Assembly: GCA_963844035.1 (NCBI GenBank)
Contig: CAWJMT010000023.1
Coordinates: forward strand, 1 to 53,303
Origin: an uncultured Gemmatimonadales bacterium
GTDB lineage: Bacteria; Gemmatimonadota; Gemmatimonadetes; Gemmatimonadales; GWC2-71-9
Direction: 5' to 3'
DNA: 53,303 bases
The notes below the pieces were generated by a model that worked only from the letters and a program-made list of their open reading frames with translations, had not been told where the DNA came from and ran no database searches. Positions within the stretch are counted from its first letter, which is position 1. The number at the start of each line of letters is the position of its first letter. Positions 31,534 to 42,752 of this stretch are shown here, piece after piece. The position numbers and the translations under genes were made by a program.

Positions 31534-32538
31534 GTGTTCATTGATCGTGTAGTCGTCCATGTCGCCGCCGGCCCAGGCGGCGCGGGCGCGTCCTCGTTCC
31601 GGCGGGAAGCCATGGTGCCCAAGGGTGGCCCCGATGGGGGGAAGGGTGGCGAAGGAGGCAGCGTGTATGTGCGCGCCGATCCCAACCTCGCCACGCTGCT
31701 CGACTATCGGTATCGCATCCACTGGAAGGCGGAGCGCGGGCAGCACGGCAAGGGAAAGAACATGACCGGGAGATCCGGCGCTGATCTCTACCTCCCGGTG
31801 CCGCCCGGCACCGTCATCACGGATGTTGCGAGCGGGCAGGTGTTCGGTGAGATGCTTACCGCAGACGAGACACTCCTCGTGGCCAAGGGAGGGCGGGGCG
31901 GGCGCGGCAATTCCTCGTTCGCGACCCCGACGCACCAGAGTCCGCGCGAGTGGGAGCCGGGTGGATATGGCGACGAGCGGGAGCTCGAGCTCGTGCTCAA
32001 GCTCATCGCCGACGTGGGTCTGCTCGGCGAGCCGAATGCGGGCAAGAGCACCCTGCTCTCGGTCGTCTCCGCGGCGCGACCCAAGGTCGCCGACTATCCG
32101 TTCACCACGCTCGAGCCCAACCTCGGCGTCGTGGGGCTGTCCGACCATCGGTCGTTCGTCATGGCGGACATCCCGGGCATCATCGAAGGCGCGCACGCGG
32201 GGAAGGGACTGGGCCTGCGGTTCCTGCAGCACGTCGAGCGCACCCGGGTCATCGCCGTCCTCGTGCCGCTCGACAGTCCGGACCCACAACACACGTACGA
32301 CTTGTTGATGCAGGAGGCGGCGCTCTACAGCGAGGATCTCAGCGCCAAGCCGCATGTCGCCGTCCTGACCAAGCTCGACCTCCTGCCGCCGGGCGCGCCC
32401 CTGCCGACACTGCGCACTCAGGGCGATGCGCCCGTGCGCGCCATTTCCGCCGTGGCGCAGGCGGGCCTCCCAGAGCTGCTCGAGACCTTGTGGCAGATCC
32501 TGCGGGCCGGAGTCGCGACGACCTCGCGGCCTATCTAG
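31534..32538 (+). CDS. obgE: GTPase ObgE
   Basis: MFIDRV, SFRRE..PKGGPDGG, ADVGLLGEPNAGKS, DYPFTT, DIPG. Confidence 0.98.
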   Translation: MFIDRVVVHVAAGPGGAGASSFRREAMVPKGGPDGGKGGEGGSVYVRADPNLATLLDYRYRIHWKAERGQHGKGKNMTGRSGADLYLPVPPGTVITDVASGQVFGEMLTADETLLVAKGGRGGRGNSSFATPTHQSPREWEPGGYGDERELELVLKLIADVGLLGEPNAGKSTLLSVVSAARPKVADYPFTTLEPNLGVVGLSDHRSFVMADIPGIIEGAHAGKGLGLRFLQHVERTRVIAVLVPLDSPDPQHTYDLLMQEAALYSEDLSAKPHVAVLTKLDLLPPGAPLPTLRTQGDAPVRAISAVAQAGLPELLETLWQILRAGVATTSRPI

Positions 32539-33623
32539 CACTCGCTCAGATCCCGGGGATCGGCGCCGCGCGGTTGCGCACGCTGGTCAGGGCATTCGCG
32601 AGCGCCGGTGCCGTCTTGCAGGCCCCGCACGGCGCGATCGCGGCGCTCCCCGGCTTCAGTCGCGCAGCCGCCACCGCGATTCGGGGCGTCTCGCTGCGAT
32701 CGGGGCATGACACCCTGGACACCCTCGATCGGCTCGGTGCGACCGTGCTGCTCGCCGGCGACCCGGGGTTCCCCTCCTTGTTGGCCGAGATTCCCGACCC
32801 GCCGGCGCTGCTGTATGCGTGGGGAGATCTGACGCTGCTCGCGCGGCCCGCCGCGGCGGTGGTCGGGAGCCGCGACCATTCTGCGTACGGTGCGACAGCG
32901 GCCCGTCTCCTCGCCGGCGGGTTGCGACGCGCGGTGGTGGTGAGCGGGATGGCCCGCGGGCTCGACGCCGTCGCCCACGCGGCCGCGCTCGATGCGGGTG
33001 GCGGCACGGTCGGCGTGCTCGCCAACGGATTTGGCGTCGTGTACCCTGCCGCCAATCGCGCGTTGTACGATCGCATGATCGCGCACGGCTGTCTCGTCAC
33101 GGAGCTGCCGCCGGGCGAGCGGCCGCACGCCGGCGCCTTCCCGCGGCGCAACCGCCTGATCAGCGGGCTCGCGGGCGTGACGGTCGTCGTGGAAGCGGCG
33201 CCCGGCTCGGGCGCGTTGATCACCGCCGATTGCGCGCTCGAGCAGGGCAGGGCGGTGTTGGCCGTCCCGGGCCCGATCACGAGCCCCACGTCGCTCGGCT
33301 GCAACAAGCTCATTCAGCAGGGCGCGAAGCCGGCGCTGTGTCCCGAGGATATTCTCGAGGAGCTCGGCCTCGGATCCGTCGCGACGCCGCGTTCCGGGGA
33401 GCCGGCCGCCGCGTCCACGCGGTCGTCTCCACCGGACCTGACGGGCCTGCAGCTCGCCTTGTGGCAGGCGCTGCACCAGGAGGCACGTCACGTGGACGCC
33501 CTCGTGGCCGCGGTTGAGCCCGTAGCGGCCGTGGCGACCGCCGACGTGTTGACCGCGCTGACGGAGCTCGAGCTCCGCGGCGTCGTGCGGCAGAGCCCGG
33601 GGATGGTGTTCGAGCTGGTGTAG
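32490..33623 (+). CDS. dprA: DNA-processing protein DprA
   Basis: IPGIG, IPDPP, VVGSR, VSGMARGLD, FPRRNRLISGL, SGALITA. Confidence 0.95.
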   Translation: MADPAGRSRDDLAAYLALAQIPGIGAARLRTLVRAFASAGAVLQAPHGAIAALPGFSRAAATAIRGVSLRSGHDTLDTLDRLGATVLLAGDPGFPSLLAEIPDPPALLYAWGDLTLLARPAAAVVGSRDHSAYGATAARLLAGGLRRAVVVSGMARGLDAVAHAAALDAGGGTVGVLANGFGVVYPAANRALYDRMIAHGCLVTELPPGERPHAGAFPRRNRLISGLAGVTVVVEAAPGSGALITADCALEQGRAVLAVPGPITSPTSLGCNKLIQQGAKPALCPEDILEELGLGSVATPRSGEPAAASTRSSPPDLTGLQLALWQALHQEARHVDALVAAVEPVAAVATADVLTALTELELRGVVRQSPGMVFELV

Positions 33624-33662
33624 GGTCGGGGGCCCCGCCTGCGAGCGTCGAGGTGCGCGCAT

Positions 33663-33697
33663 GAACCCCGGGGCGTCGCCCGGGGTAAACCCACCCG
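33663..33697. repeat. REP-like palindrome left of the second tnpA
   Basis: GAACCCCGGGGCGTCGCCCGGGGTAAACCCACCCG. Confidence 0.8.
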
Positions 33698-33712
33698 AAC
33701 GGCTGGAGGCTG

Positions 33713-34113
33713 GTGAGTGGCAGTAGCCATCGCGCGCTGCGGGCTTTACGCGCACGTCACATGGCACACGTGGCGGCGGGTGGCCCAGATACGCAAGGCG
33801 ACGTGCCGCTCATCGCTGACAGCATTCTGAACGCCGGCGAGTCGCACAGGCGTGCGGGTGCATGCGCAGGCCGTCCTCACCGACCACGTCCACGTGCTGG
33901 TGAGCTTCCCACCCGCGGTGGCGCTCGCGTCCTTCTTCCGTGAGGCCAAGTCCGAATCGGCCGGCGCGTCAATGTTGCACGGGACGCGATGGGCAGCGCG
34001 TACGGTGGTGTCGCGGCTACTACGCGGGATCACTGTCCCGAGACCACGTCGGCCGCGACGCGGGTCTACGTCGCGACGGCAGTTTCCGCGCACCCAGATC
34101 GCATCCCGGCTAG
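33713..34113 (+). mobile_element. tnpA: Second IS200/IS605-family Y1 HUH transposase (RAYT-like, multiple frameshifts)
   Basis: Fragments across frames: LYAHVTWHT, DHVHVLVSFPP, AKSES, WCRGYYAGSLS, VYVA..Q...HP; flanked by palindromes. Confidence 0.8.
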
Positions 34114-34124
34114 GCGTGAGGCTC

Positions 34125-34210
34125 ACCCCGCGGCGGTGCCGCGGGGTTAGGACGCGGGCTCCGAGTCGCACCCCGGGGTCCCGCGGGATCCCCGTGGTCG
34201 AACCCACCCA
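34125..34210. repeat. REP-like palindromes right of the second tnpA
   Basis: ACCCCGCGGC-GGT-GCCGCGGGGT and CCCCGGGG...CCCCGTGGTCGAACCCACCC (same AACCCACCC tail). Confidence 0.7.
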
Positions 34211-34240
34211 CCACTCCTCCGCTCCCGTTACGTTCCCTCC

Positions 34241-35397
34241 GTGCGCCACCTCTACGTCCACGTCCCCTTCTGCGTCCGCCGCTGCTCCTACTGCGACTTC
34301 TCGATCGCGGTGCGCAAGCGCATTCCGGCGACAGGAGTACGTGGAGTGCGTGCAACGGGAGCTGCGGTCGGTGGTCGAGTCCGGGTGGGTTCGCCCCGGG
34401 GCCACGCCCCGGGGCTCCGGTGGGCCTCGAAACCCTCTACTTCGGTGGCGGCACGCCCTCACTGCTCGGCGCCGACGCGCTGAGCGGCCTGCTGCGGTCG
34501 CTGCTCGATGCCGCATCGTCTTCGGCGACGCGCGACGCGAGTTGAAGTCACGCTCGAAGCCAATCCGGAGGACGTGACCCCCGCGGCGGCTCGGGAATGG
34601 CGCCGGGCCGGTGTCAACCGCGTGTCGCTCGGTGCTCAGTCATTCGACGATCGCGTGCTCCAATGGATGCACCGCTCGCACGACGCCGCGCGGATCGGTG
34701 AGGCGCTGCGCACGCTCCGGTCGGCGGGGATCGACAACATCTCGCTCGACCTGATTTTCGCGCTGCCGGTCGAGCTGCGAGCGCGACTGGTCGCGCGACT
34801 TGGATGCCGCCCTCTCCCTCGATCCCTCGCACCTGTCGTTGTACGGACTCACCGTCGAAGAGCGCACACCGCTGGCGCGCTGGATCTCTCGCGGCGCCAC
34901 GTCCGCGCCCGATGACGAGCGCTACGCCGCGGAGTACCTGCTCGCCCATGAGCGACTCTCGGCGCGCGGGCTATCATTTCTATGAGGTATCGAATGCGTG
35001 CCGGGACGGCTCGCCGGTCGCGCCACAACTCTGCGTACTGGACCGGGCGTGAGTACGTTGGACTAGGGCCCGCAGCGCATTCATTTGACGGCCGTGCGCG
35101 GCGCTGGAACGTCCCCCAATGGGAGGCCTACCGCAGCGCGATCAGCGGAGGTCGCACGGTTGTTGAGTCGCGAAGAAGTGCTGACTCCAGAGCAGCGGGA
35201 ACTGGAACGTGTCTATCTCGGGTTGCGCACCGACGCGGGCTTGCCGTCGTCCGCCTTCCCGCCTTCCCGCCTTCCCGCCTGGATTCGGCAGGGCTGGGTT
35301 CGAGGTAGCAGGGGACCGCATTCGCTGCACGCCCGAAGGGTGGCTCCGGCTCGACGCCTTGGTGCGTGACTTGACCGGGCCAACGGCAATTTTGTAA
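34241..35397 (+). CDS. hemW: Radical SAM heme chaperone HemW (frameshifted)
   Basis: [52 protein letters not shown]; upstream of hrcA. Confidence 0.93.
34382..34417 (-). repeat. REP copy lying inside hemW
   Basis: Reverse complement GAGCCCCGGGGCGTGGCCCCGGGGCGAACCCACCCG matches 33663-33697. Confidence 0.8.
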
Positions 35398-35427
35398 ATT
35401 GTTTGCCACTAATAGGTTGGACCAACT

Positions 35428-36477
35428 ATGACAGCCACTCTCTCCGAACGCGAGCGTCAGGTACTCGAAGCCGTCATCGAGACCTACGTCGAGACCGCCG
35501 AACCTGCCGGTAGCCGTACGATCGCGCAGCGTTCCGGCATGGGCCTCTCCGCGGCCACGATTCGCAACACGATGAGTGAGCTGGAGGAGAAGGGCTACCT
35601 CTATCACCCCCACACCTCCGCCGGCCGGGTCCCCACCGACCTCGCCTATCGGTTGTACGTCGACTCATTCATGCGGCTGCCGCAGGTCTCGCGCTCCGAC
35701 TCGCATCAGATTCGCGAGGAGCTGGGGGGCGAGCGGAACGCGGTGGACCAGATCTTGGCGCGTGCCGCTCAGGTGCTCGGCGTGCTCACGAAAGAGTTGG
35801 GGATGGCGGTGAGCCCGTCGCTCGATGAGACCGTCCTGGAGCGCCTCGAGCTGCTGCAGGTCTCGTCCGAGCGCCTGTTGCTGGTGTTGACGCTCAAGAG
35901 CGGCGCCGTGCGCACGATTTTCGTCGAGGTGCCGACGCAGCTCGAGCCGCAGACAGTGATCGAGGTGGCGGTGGTGCTGAACGGACGGCTCGCCGGTCTC
36001 AAGCTGCGGGAGATCCGCGCGACGCTGTCGGAGCGGTTGCGGGATGCGGGGTCGGATCCCGGCTCGAGCGAGCTGATCAATATTTTCATTCAGGAGGCGG
36101 ACGAGCTGTTCGATGTCCCGTCGGTGGGAGTGGGGAACGGCGACGGGAGCGGCGTGCTGCTCGGCAGCGCCCAGCTGCTTGCGGGCCAACCGGAGTTCGC
36201 CACGCGGGAAGGGATGCAGGGGCTGATCCGGGTCACGGAGCAGCGCGAGCTGCTGCGCGATGCGCTCGCGCACCGGCTGGGTGGCGGGTTGACCATCACG
36301 ATCGGCGCGGAGCATGAAGACCCCAAGCTGGTGCCGTTCACGCTCGTGACCTCGTCCTACCGTATCGGGCCGTTGAGCGGCGTCATCGGCGTCATGGGCC
36401 CCACGCGCATGCCGTACGACAAGATCGTCGCGCTGGTGGATCACACGAGCCGCCTGGTGGGAGAGCTGCTGCAGTGA
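35428..36477 (+). CDS. hrcA: Heat-inducible transcription repressor HrcA
   Basis: [37 protein letters not shown]. Confidence 0.98.
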   Translation: MTATLSERERQVLEAVIETYVETAEPAGSRTIAQRSGMGLSAATIRNTMSELEEKGYLYHPHTSAGRVPTDLAYRLYVDSFMRLPQVSRSDSHQIREELGGERNAVDQILARAAQVLGVLTKELGMAVSPSLDETVLERLELLQVSSERLLLVLTLKSGAVRTIFVEVPTQLEPQTVIEVAVVLNGRLAGLKLREIRATLSERLRDAGSDPGSSELINIFIQEADELFDVPSVGVGNGDGSGVLLGSAQLLAGQPEFATREGMQGLIRVTEQRELLRDALAHRLGGGLTITIGAEHEDPKLVPFTLVTSSYRIGPLSGVIGVMGPTRMPYDKIVALVDHTSRLVGELLQ

Positions 36478-37632
36478 GCACCGCGAACGACTACTACGCG
36501 ATATTGGGCGTCGCGCGCGACGCGGGCGAGGCCGACATCAAGAAGGCCTATCGCGGGCTCGCGATGAAGTATCACCCCGACCGGAACAACGGGGACAAGC
36601 AATCGGAGGAGCGGTTCAAGCAGATCACCGCCGCCTACGAAGTGCTGAGCGATCCCGAGAAGCGCGCGGTCTACGATCGGTACGGCGAGCAGGGGTTACG
36701 CGGCGGCGGGGGCGGCCAGGGGTTCCAGCCCGTTCGATCTGTCGGAAGCGCTCAGCGTCTTCATGCGCGACTTCGGCGGCCTGGGTGGGCTCGACGCCTT
36801 CTTCGGCGGCGGCGGCGAGGGTCCCAGGCGGGATCAGCGGCGCGGCGCCGACCTCAAGGTCACGCTGCAGCTGACCCTCGCCGACATCGCGACCGGCACG
36901 TCGAAAACGGTCAAGGTCCGCACGTTGGACCGGTGCACCGAGTGCGGCGGGACGGGCTCGCGCGACGGGACTCGCCCCACCACCTGCGACACCTGCGGCG
37001 GGGCGGGGGAAGTGCGGCGCAGCGCCCGCTCAGCGTTCGGCCAATTTCTCTCGGTCTCGCCGTGCCCGAAATGCGGCGGCGAGGGCACGGTGGTCGCGCA
37101 CCCCTGTCCCAAGTGCCAGGGGGACGGCCGCGTGAAGACCGAGAAGTCGGTGCAGATCGACGTCCCGGCCGGCGTCGCCGACCATCACTATCTCACGGTG
37201 CGGGGCCAGGGCGTGCCCGGGCCGCGGAACGGACCCGCGGGCGACCTGATCGCCGTGCTCGAGATCGCGGAAGACCGGCGCTTCGAGCGGCGCGGCGACG
37301 ACCTGGTGTACGATCTGCCGCTGTCCTTCACGCAGGCGGCGCTCGGTGCGGAGGTGATGGTGCCGACGCCCTACGGTGACACCGTATTGAAAATTCAGGC
37401 GGGCACGCAGACCGGCACCGTCTACCGCATTCGCGGCAAGGGACTGCCGCGGTTGGGTGAAGGGGGACGAGGCGATGTGCACGTGCGCGTGCACGTGTGG
37501 ACGCCCACCCGCCTCACGGCTGAGCAGCGTGCGCTGCTCGATCAGTTGGCGGAAGTCGAGAGCGCGCCACCCACCGAGGAGGGCGCGGGCAAGAAACTGT
37601 GGGACGACATCCGGCGCGCCTTTCGTGCATAG
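36474..37632 (+). CDS. dnaJ: Chaperone DnaJ (frameshift near 36730)
   Basis: [11 protein letters not shown], four CxxCxGxG repeats, AALG. Confidence 0.97.
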
Positions 37633-37641
37633 GCGGGGGCG

Positions 37642-37980
37642 ATGACGGCCTGCTTGTTTTGCAAGATCGTGGCGGGCGAGATCCCGGCCACCGTGGTGAA
37701 GCGGCAGGGGGGGTTGCTCGCCTTCAAGGACATCAACCCCCAGGCCCCGACCCATCTGCTGGTGATTCCCACGCAGCACATCGGCTCGCTCAACGAGGCG
37801 AACGATCCCGCGCTGCTCGGCGCGATGCTGACGTTTGCGCGCGACCTCGCCCGCGAACTGGGCATCGCCGATCGGGGCTACCGCGTCGTGATGAACACGA
37901 ACGCGCACGGCGGGCAGACGGTGGTTCACATCCACCTGCACCTGCTCGGTGGCAGGGCGATGCAGTGGCCCCCGGGGTGA
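37642..37980 (+). CDS. Histidine triad (HIT) nucleotide-binding protein
   Basis: [30 protein letters not shown]. Confidence 0.95.
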   Translation: MTACLFCKIVAGEIPATVVKRQGGLLAFKDINPQAPTHLLVIPTQHIGSLNEANDPALLGAMLTFARDLARELGIADRGYRVVMNTNAHGGQTVVHIHLHLLGGRAMQWPPG

Positions 37981-38044
37981 AAACCCTTGCGACCGCCAAA
38001 CGGCGCGGCTAACTTTTCATGTCCCTCTTCGTCAGCAGCGAACA

Positions 38045-38239
38045 ATGTCGGAAGTCATCATTCATGATGACGAGAGCTTTGAGCGGGCGCTCAAGCGATT
38101 CAAGAAGAAGTGCGAGAAGGCGGGGATCCTCTCCGACCTCCGAAGGCACCGCCACTATGAGAAGCCAAGCGAGCGCAAGAAACGCAAAATGAACGCGGCG
38201 CGTCGCAAGGGTCGGCGTCCACGCCCCCGCCCGGTCTAA
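38045..38239 (+). CDS. rpsU: 30S ribosomal protein S21
   Basis: [20 protein letters not shown]...HYEKPS. Confidence 0.97.
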   Translation: MSEVIIHDDESFERALKRFKKKCEKAGILSDLRRHRHYEKPSERKKRKMNAARRKGRRPRPRPV

Positions 38240-38241
38240 GA

Positions 38242-38685
38242 GTGCCAAGCCTGTCTGAACAGCTGCGCGGCGCGATGGACCAAGCCCGAAAAAAACGTGA
38301 CGCGGCGCGCACCATCCTCCTCTCCACGATCCTCGCAGATATCAAGAACCGCGAATTCGAGCTGCAGCACCCCGCCACCGACGACGAGGTGGGTGAAGTG
38401 TTGCGCCGCGGTATCAAGCGGCGTCGCGAAGCCGCGGAAGCCTACACCGCCGGTAAACGTCCTGACCGCGCGGAGCAGGAGCTCGGGGAAGTGAAGGCGC
38501 TGGAAGCGTTCCTGCCGGCCGCAGTGGACCCGGAGGAGATTCGTCGCGCGGTCCGGGCGGCTATCAGCGGCGGGGCGAACGACTTAGGGAAGGTGATGGG
38601 GCAGGTGATGCCGCAGTTCAAAGGCCGGGCGGACGGAAAAATCGTGAACCAGATCGTTCGCGAGGAGCTGGCGGCGGCCGTATGA
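38242..38685 (+). CDS. GatB/YqeY domain protein
   Basis: IKNRE, KRRREAA..Y, LGKVMG.VM...KGRADG. Confidence 0.93.
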   Translation: MPSLSEQLRGAMDQARKKRDAARTILLSTILADIKNREFELQHPATDDEVGEVLRRGIKRRREAAEAYTAGKRPDRAEQELGEVKALEAFLPAAVDPEEIRRAVRAAISGGANDLGKVMGQVMPQFKGRADGKIVNQIVREELAAAV

Positions 38686-40978
38686 GCGTGGGTGGAGGGG
38701 CCGCCCCCTCCGTGCTGGAGACCCTCGAGTTTCCTGGCGCACTGGAGCGCGTGGCAGCGCACGCCGTCTGCACGCTCGGGGCCGATCGAATCCGCGCCCG
38801 CAGTCCCGCCACCGATGCCGAGACCGTCCGGGCAGCGCTCGCCCAGGTCGCCGAGCTGGCGGCCCGCATCCTCTCCGACGATTCCATCCGCGCCGAACCC
38901 GTCGCCGACATCGCTGCGACACTCGACCTGCTCGCGGTGCCGGGCAGCGTGCTCGAGGGTCTCGCCCTGTCGCAGGTCGGGGGTGCCCTCGCCGCCAGCC
39001 CGCCTGGTGGCGGCCGAGTTGGCGCGCCTCGCGCCCGACGCCCCCCGGGTGGCGACGCTGCGCGCGGCGCCGCTCCCCAAGGATCTCGAGACGCGTCTCC
39101 AGGAATCGCTCGATGCGGATGGCAGCGTGCGCGACGGGGCCTCCCGCGGACTGGCGCGCGCGCGGCAGGCGGTGCGCGAGACCCGCCAGCGCCTGATCGC
39201 CAAGCTCGAGGCGCTGCTCGGAGCCCTCGACGACCGGGAGCGGGCTCCCGACGCCGCCGTCACCGTGCGCGGGGGCCGCTATGTGGTGCCGGTGCGCAGC
39301 ACGTCGCGCGGCCATATCGGCGGGATCGTCCACGACGAGTCCGCGACGGGCGCGACGGTGTTCGTGGAGCCGCCCGAAGCGGTGCAGCTCGGCAACGAGC
39401 TGCGCGCGCACGAGGTGCAGGAGCAACGCGAGGTGATGCTGGTGTTGCGCGAGCTGACCGACCGGCTGCGTCCACACCACGACGCCATCGCGGCTGCCTG
39501 GGAGATGTGCGTCGCGTTCGACGACCTCTGCGCACGGGCGCGCTACGCGATCGAGGTGAACGGGTTCGCGCCGGTCATCGGCACCGGGCCGCTCAAGATG
39601 CGGAGTGCGCGGCACCCGCTGCTGGTCGGCGGCGCGATCGCGGTGGTGCCGTTCGACCTGACGTTTGCCCCTGACGAATTCACGCTGCTCATCTCCGGCC
39701 CGAATACCGGCGGCAAGACGGTGCTGATCAAGGCCGTCGGATTGATCTGCCTGCTGGCGCAGAGCGGCATCATCCCGCCGCTTGGCCCCGATTCCGAGCT
39801 GCCGGTGTTCCGCGACGTATGCGCCGACATCGGTGACCGGCAGTCGATTGCCGAGAGCCTCTCGACGTTTTCGGCCCACGTGGCGGCGCTCCGCGACCTG
39901 CTCGAGCGTTCCGGTCCAGGAACCCTCGTGCTGCTCGACGAAATCGGCAGCGGCACGGACCCGGCCGAGGGAGCGGCGCTCGCGGCCGCGGTGCTGCGCA
40001 CGCTCACCCGCCGGCGTGTCGTCACGCTCGCGACCACGCACTTGGGGGCGCTCAAGCGGCTGGCCGCCGAGACGGTGGGGATCGTGAACGGCTCGCTCCA
40101 GTTCGACGCACAGACCCTGACGCCGACGTACCGGCTCTTGAAGGGCGTGCCGGGGCGCTCGTACGGATTGGCAATCGCGCGCCGGCTGGGAGTGGACGAA
40201 GCAATCCTGGCGGAGGCGGAGCGCACCTTACCGGAGACGGAGCGCACCCTCGATGCGTTGCTCGCGGCGGTCGAAGCGAGAACGAAGGAGCTTGAGGAAC
40301 GCGACACCGCGTTGCGGGCGGCGGAGGAGGCTACGCGCGTCGAGCGAGACATCCTCGAAACGCGAGGGGCGGCGCTCGAGCAAAGCGAACGCGACGTGCG
40401 CGACCGGGCGCGGGCCCTCGACAGCCAGGCGCGCGAACAGACGCGCGCGTATCTGCTCGAGGCACGGCGGCGCGTCGAGGAGGCGCTGGGCTTGGCGCGT
40501 GCCGCGGTAGACGAAGCGACCGCGAAGGAGGCGAGGCGGTTGGTCGAGAGTGCGCTTGCGGAGACCGACACTGAGACGAGGGAAGAGGGAAGGGGGAAGG
40601 GGGAAGGGTGGCTGTCGCTGGAAGAGCTGCGGCGGCTGCGGCGCCGTCGGTCGCCCGACCGCCTGACCGCCCGACCGCCCGCTTTCCACCCGCCCGACCG
40701 CCCGGGTACCGTCCACCGAAGTTGAGACCATCGCTCCCACGGAGATTTCTCTCCGCGGCCTGCGCGTCGACGAGGCCGAGGCCGTGTTGATCCGGGCGAT
40801 CGACGACGCCGTCCTTGCTGAGCTGCCATACCTGCGGGTGATCCACGGCAAGGGCACGGGTGCCGTGCGCCGGCTGGTGCAGGAGATCGCCGCCGGTGAC
40901 AAGCGGGTGGAGCGGTTTGCGTTCGCCCCCGCGAACCAGGGTGGTGCGGGCGTGACGGTGCTGGAGTTCCGCCGCTGA
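38682..40978 (+). CDS. mutS2: Endonuclease MutS2 / Smr-domain protein (frameshifted)
   Basis: TLEF, HDESATGATVFVEP, ISGPNTGGKT, SLSTFSAH, LDEIGSGTDP, TTH; Smr IHGKGTG and GGAGVT. Confidence 0.95.
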
Positions 40979-40980
40979 GC

Positions 40981-42740
40981 ATGATTCCCGACGAAATCAT
41001 CGAGCAAGTGCGCGATGCCGCCGATCTCGTCGGCATCGTGGGCGAGCACGTGGAATTGAAGCGCACCGGCGCGGACTACCGCGGGCCCTGCCCGTTCCAC
41101 GGCGGCACGCACCGCAACTTCGCGGTCATCCCGAAGAAGGGAATGTTCTACTGCTACGTCTGCCACGAAGCGGGCGACGTGTTCAGCTTCTTCATGAAAA
41201 AGCTCGGGATGGATTATCCGACGGCGGTGCGCGAGGCGGCCCGGCGATCGGGGATCACCGTGCCGGAGCGGAGCAGCTCGGGCGGCGGGGCGGACCCGCA
41301 CGAGCCGCTGTTCGGGGCGGTCGCGCTGGCCGCCGACTGGTTTGCCCGCCAGCTGCGGGAGAGCCCCGAGGCGGAGGTCGCCCGGCAGTACCTCGTGTCC
41401 CGGCAGCTCGATCTGGAGACGGTCCTGCCGCTCGGGCTCGGCTACGCCCCGCGCGGCACGGCGTTGTTCGACGCGATGAAAAGCTTGGGCGTGCGCGATC
41501 CGGTGTTGCTCGAGGCGGGCTTGGCGGTGAAGAGAGATGACGGCAGCGTCATCCCCCGGTTCCGGGGACGGCTGCTGTTTCCGATTCACGACCTGCGCGC
41601 GCGGGTGATCGCGTTCGGCGGCCGGATCCTCGGCCCGGGCGAGCCCAAGTATTTGAACTCGCCCGATACGCCGATCTTTCACAAGGGAACGCTGCTCTAC
41701 AACCTGCACGCCGCGAAGCACGCGATCCGCAAGGCCGAGCGCGCAATTGTGGTGGAGGGCTACTTCGACGTGTTGCGGCTGGCGCTCGCCGGGCTCGAGG
41801 AGGTCGTTGCACCGCTCGGCACCGGCTTGAGCGCGGAGCAGGCGCAGCTGCTCACGCGCTATACGTCGCACGTGATCCTGCTCTACGACTCGGACGACGC
41901 CGGTCTCCGCGCCACGTTCCGCGCCGGCGACGAGCTGCTGCGGCACGGATTGCGCGTGACCGTGGCGACGCTGCCGGAGGGGGAAGATCCCGACACCATC
42001 GTGCAGCGGCACGGGGTCAAGGCACTGACCGACCTGCTGAAGGACGGGGTGGACCTGTTCGAGCGCAAGATCCAGATCCTCGACCGCAAAGGGTTCTTCG
42101 CGTCGCTCCCGGGGCGAAGGCGCGCGCTCGACCGCTTGCTGCCGACGATCCGCGCGGCGCGGGACGGGATCACCCGGGAGCTGTACCTCTCGCGTGCCGC
42201 GGAGGCGGCGGGAGTCCGGAAGGATGTGTTGGAGCGGGAGGCACAAGGCGGCGGTCAGCCGGTCAGGCGGTCAGCCGGTCAGAAGCTCGGAGTGACCAGT
42301 CGACCGCCAGACCGCCTGACCGCCCGACCGGCGCCCCGTCGGGCGCCGAGAAAGCCTTCCTGCTTCTCATGCTCGAAGGCGAGCCGTGGCGCGCGCGGGT
42401 CCTCGAAGCTGTCGACGCCGACGATTTCGAGTTCGCACCGTACCGGGCCGTGTTCGAGGCGCTGGTGGAGGATTCCCCCGAGCGGCTGGACGAGACTGCG
42501 GCGCGCACGTTCGAGCAGCTTCGGGCCGAGGGGCTGGGAGCGCGCCTGCCGGACGAGATCCTGGCCGGTGCGGTCGGCTGGATCGAGGCGAGGGGTTTGC
42601 AACGACAGGTGGAATCGATCGATCGCGAGCTGCCGCTCGCGAGTGAAGAGGAAAAGGTCAAGCTTGCGATTCAGAAGCAGCAGCTCAGCGCGGAGATGAA
42701 CGCGCGACATCCGAAGTGGAAGGCGTTAACGAAATCCTAA
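40981..42740 (+). CDS. dnaG: DNA primase (frameshift near 42330)
   Basis: CPFH...CYVC zinc finger, FRGRLLFPI, KYLNSPDT, VEGYFD, YDSDDAG, DPD. Confidence 0.97.
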
Positions 42741-42752
42741 CGAGGAGGGGTA

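Noticed and set aside
32536..32562. TAGCACTC as a CIRCE element (also GAGTGCT at ~53115; none found before hrcA or dnaJ)
   Set aside because: Only half-sites; no TTAGCACTC-N9-GAGTGCTAA inverted repeat
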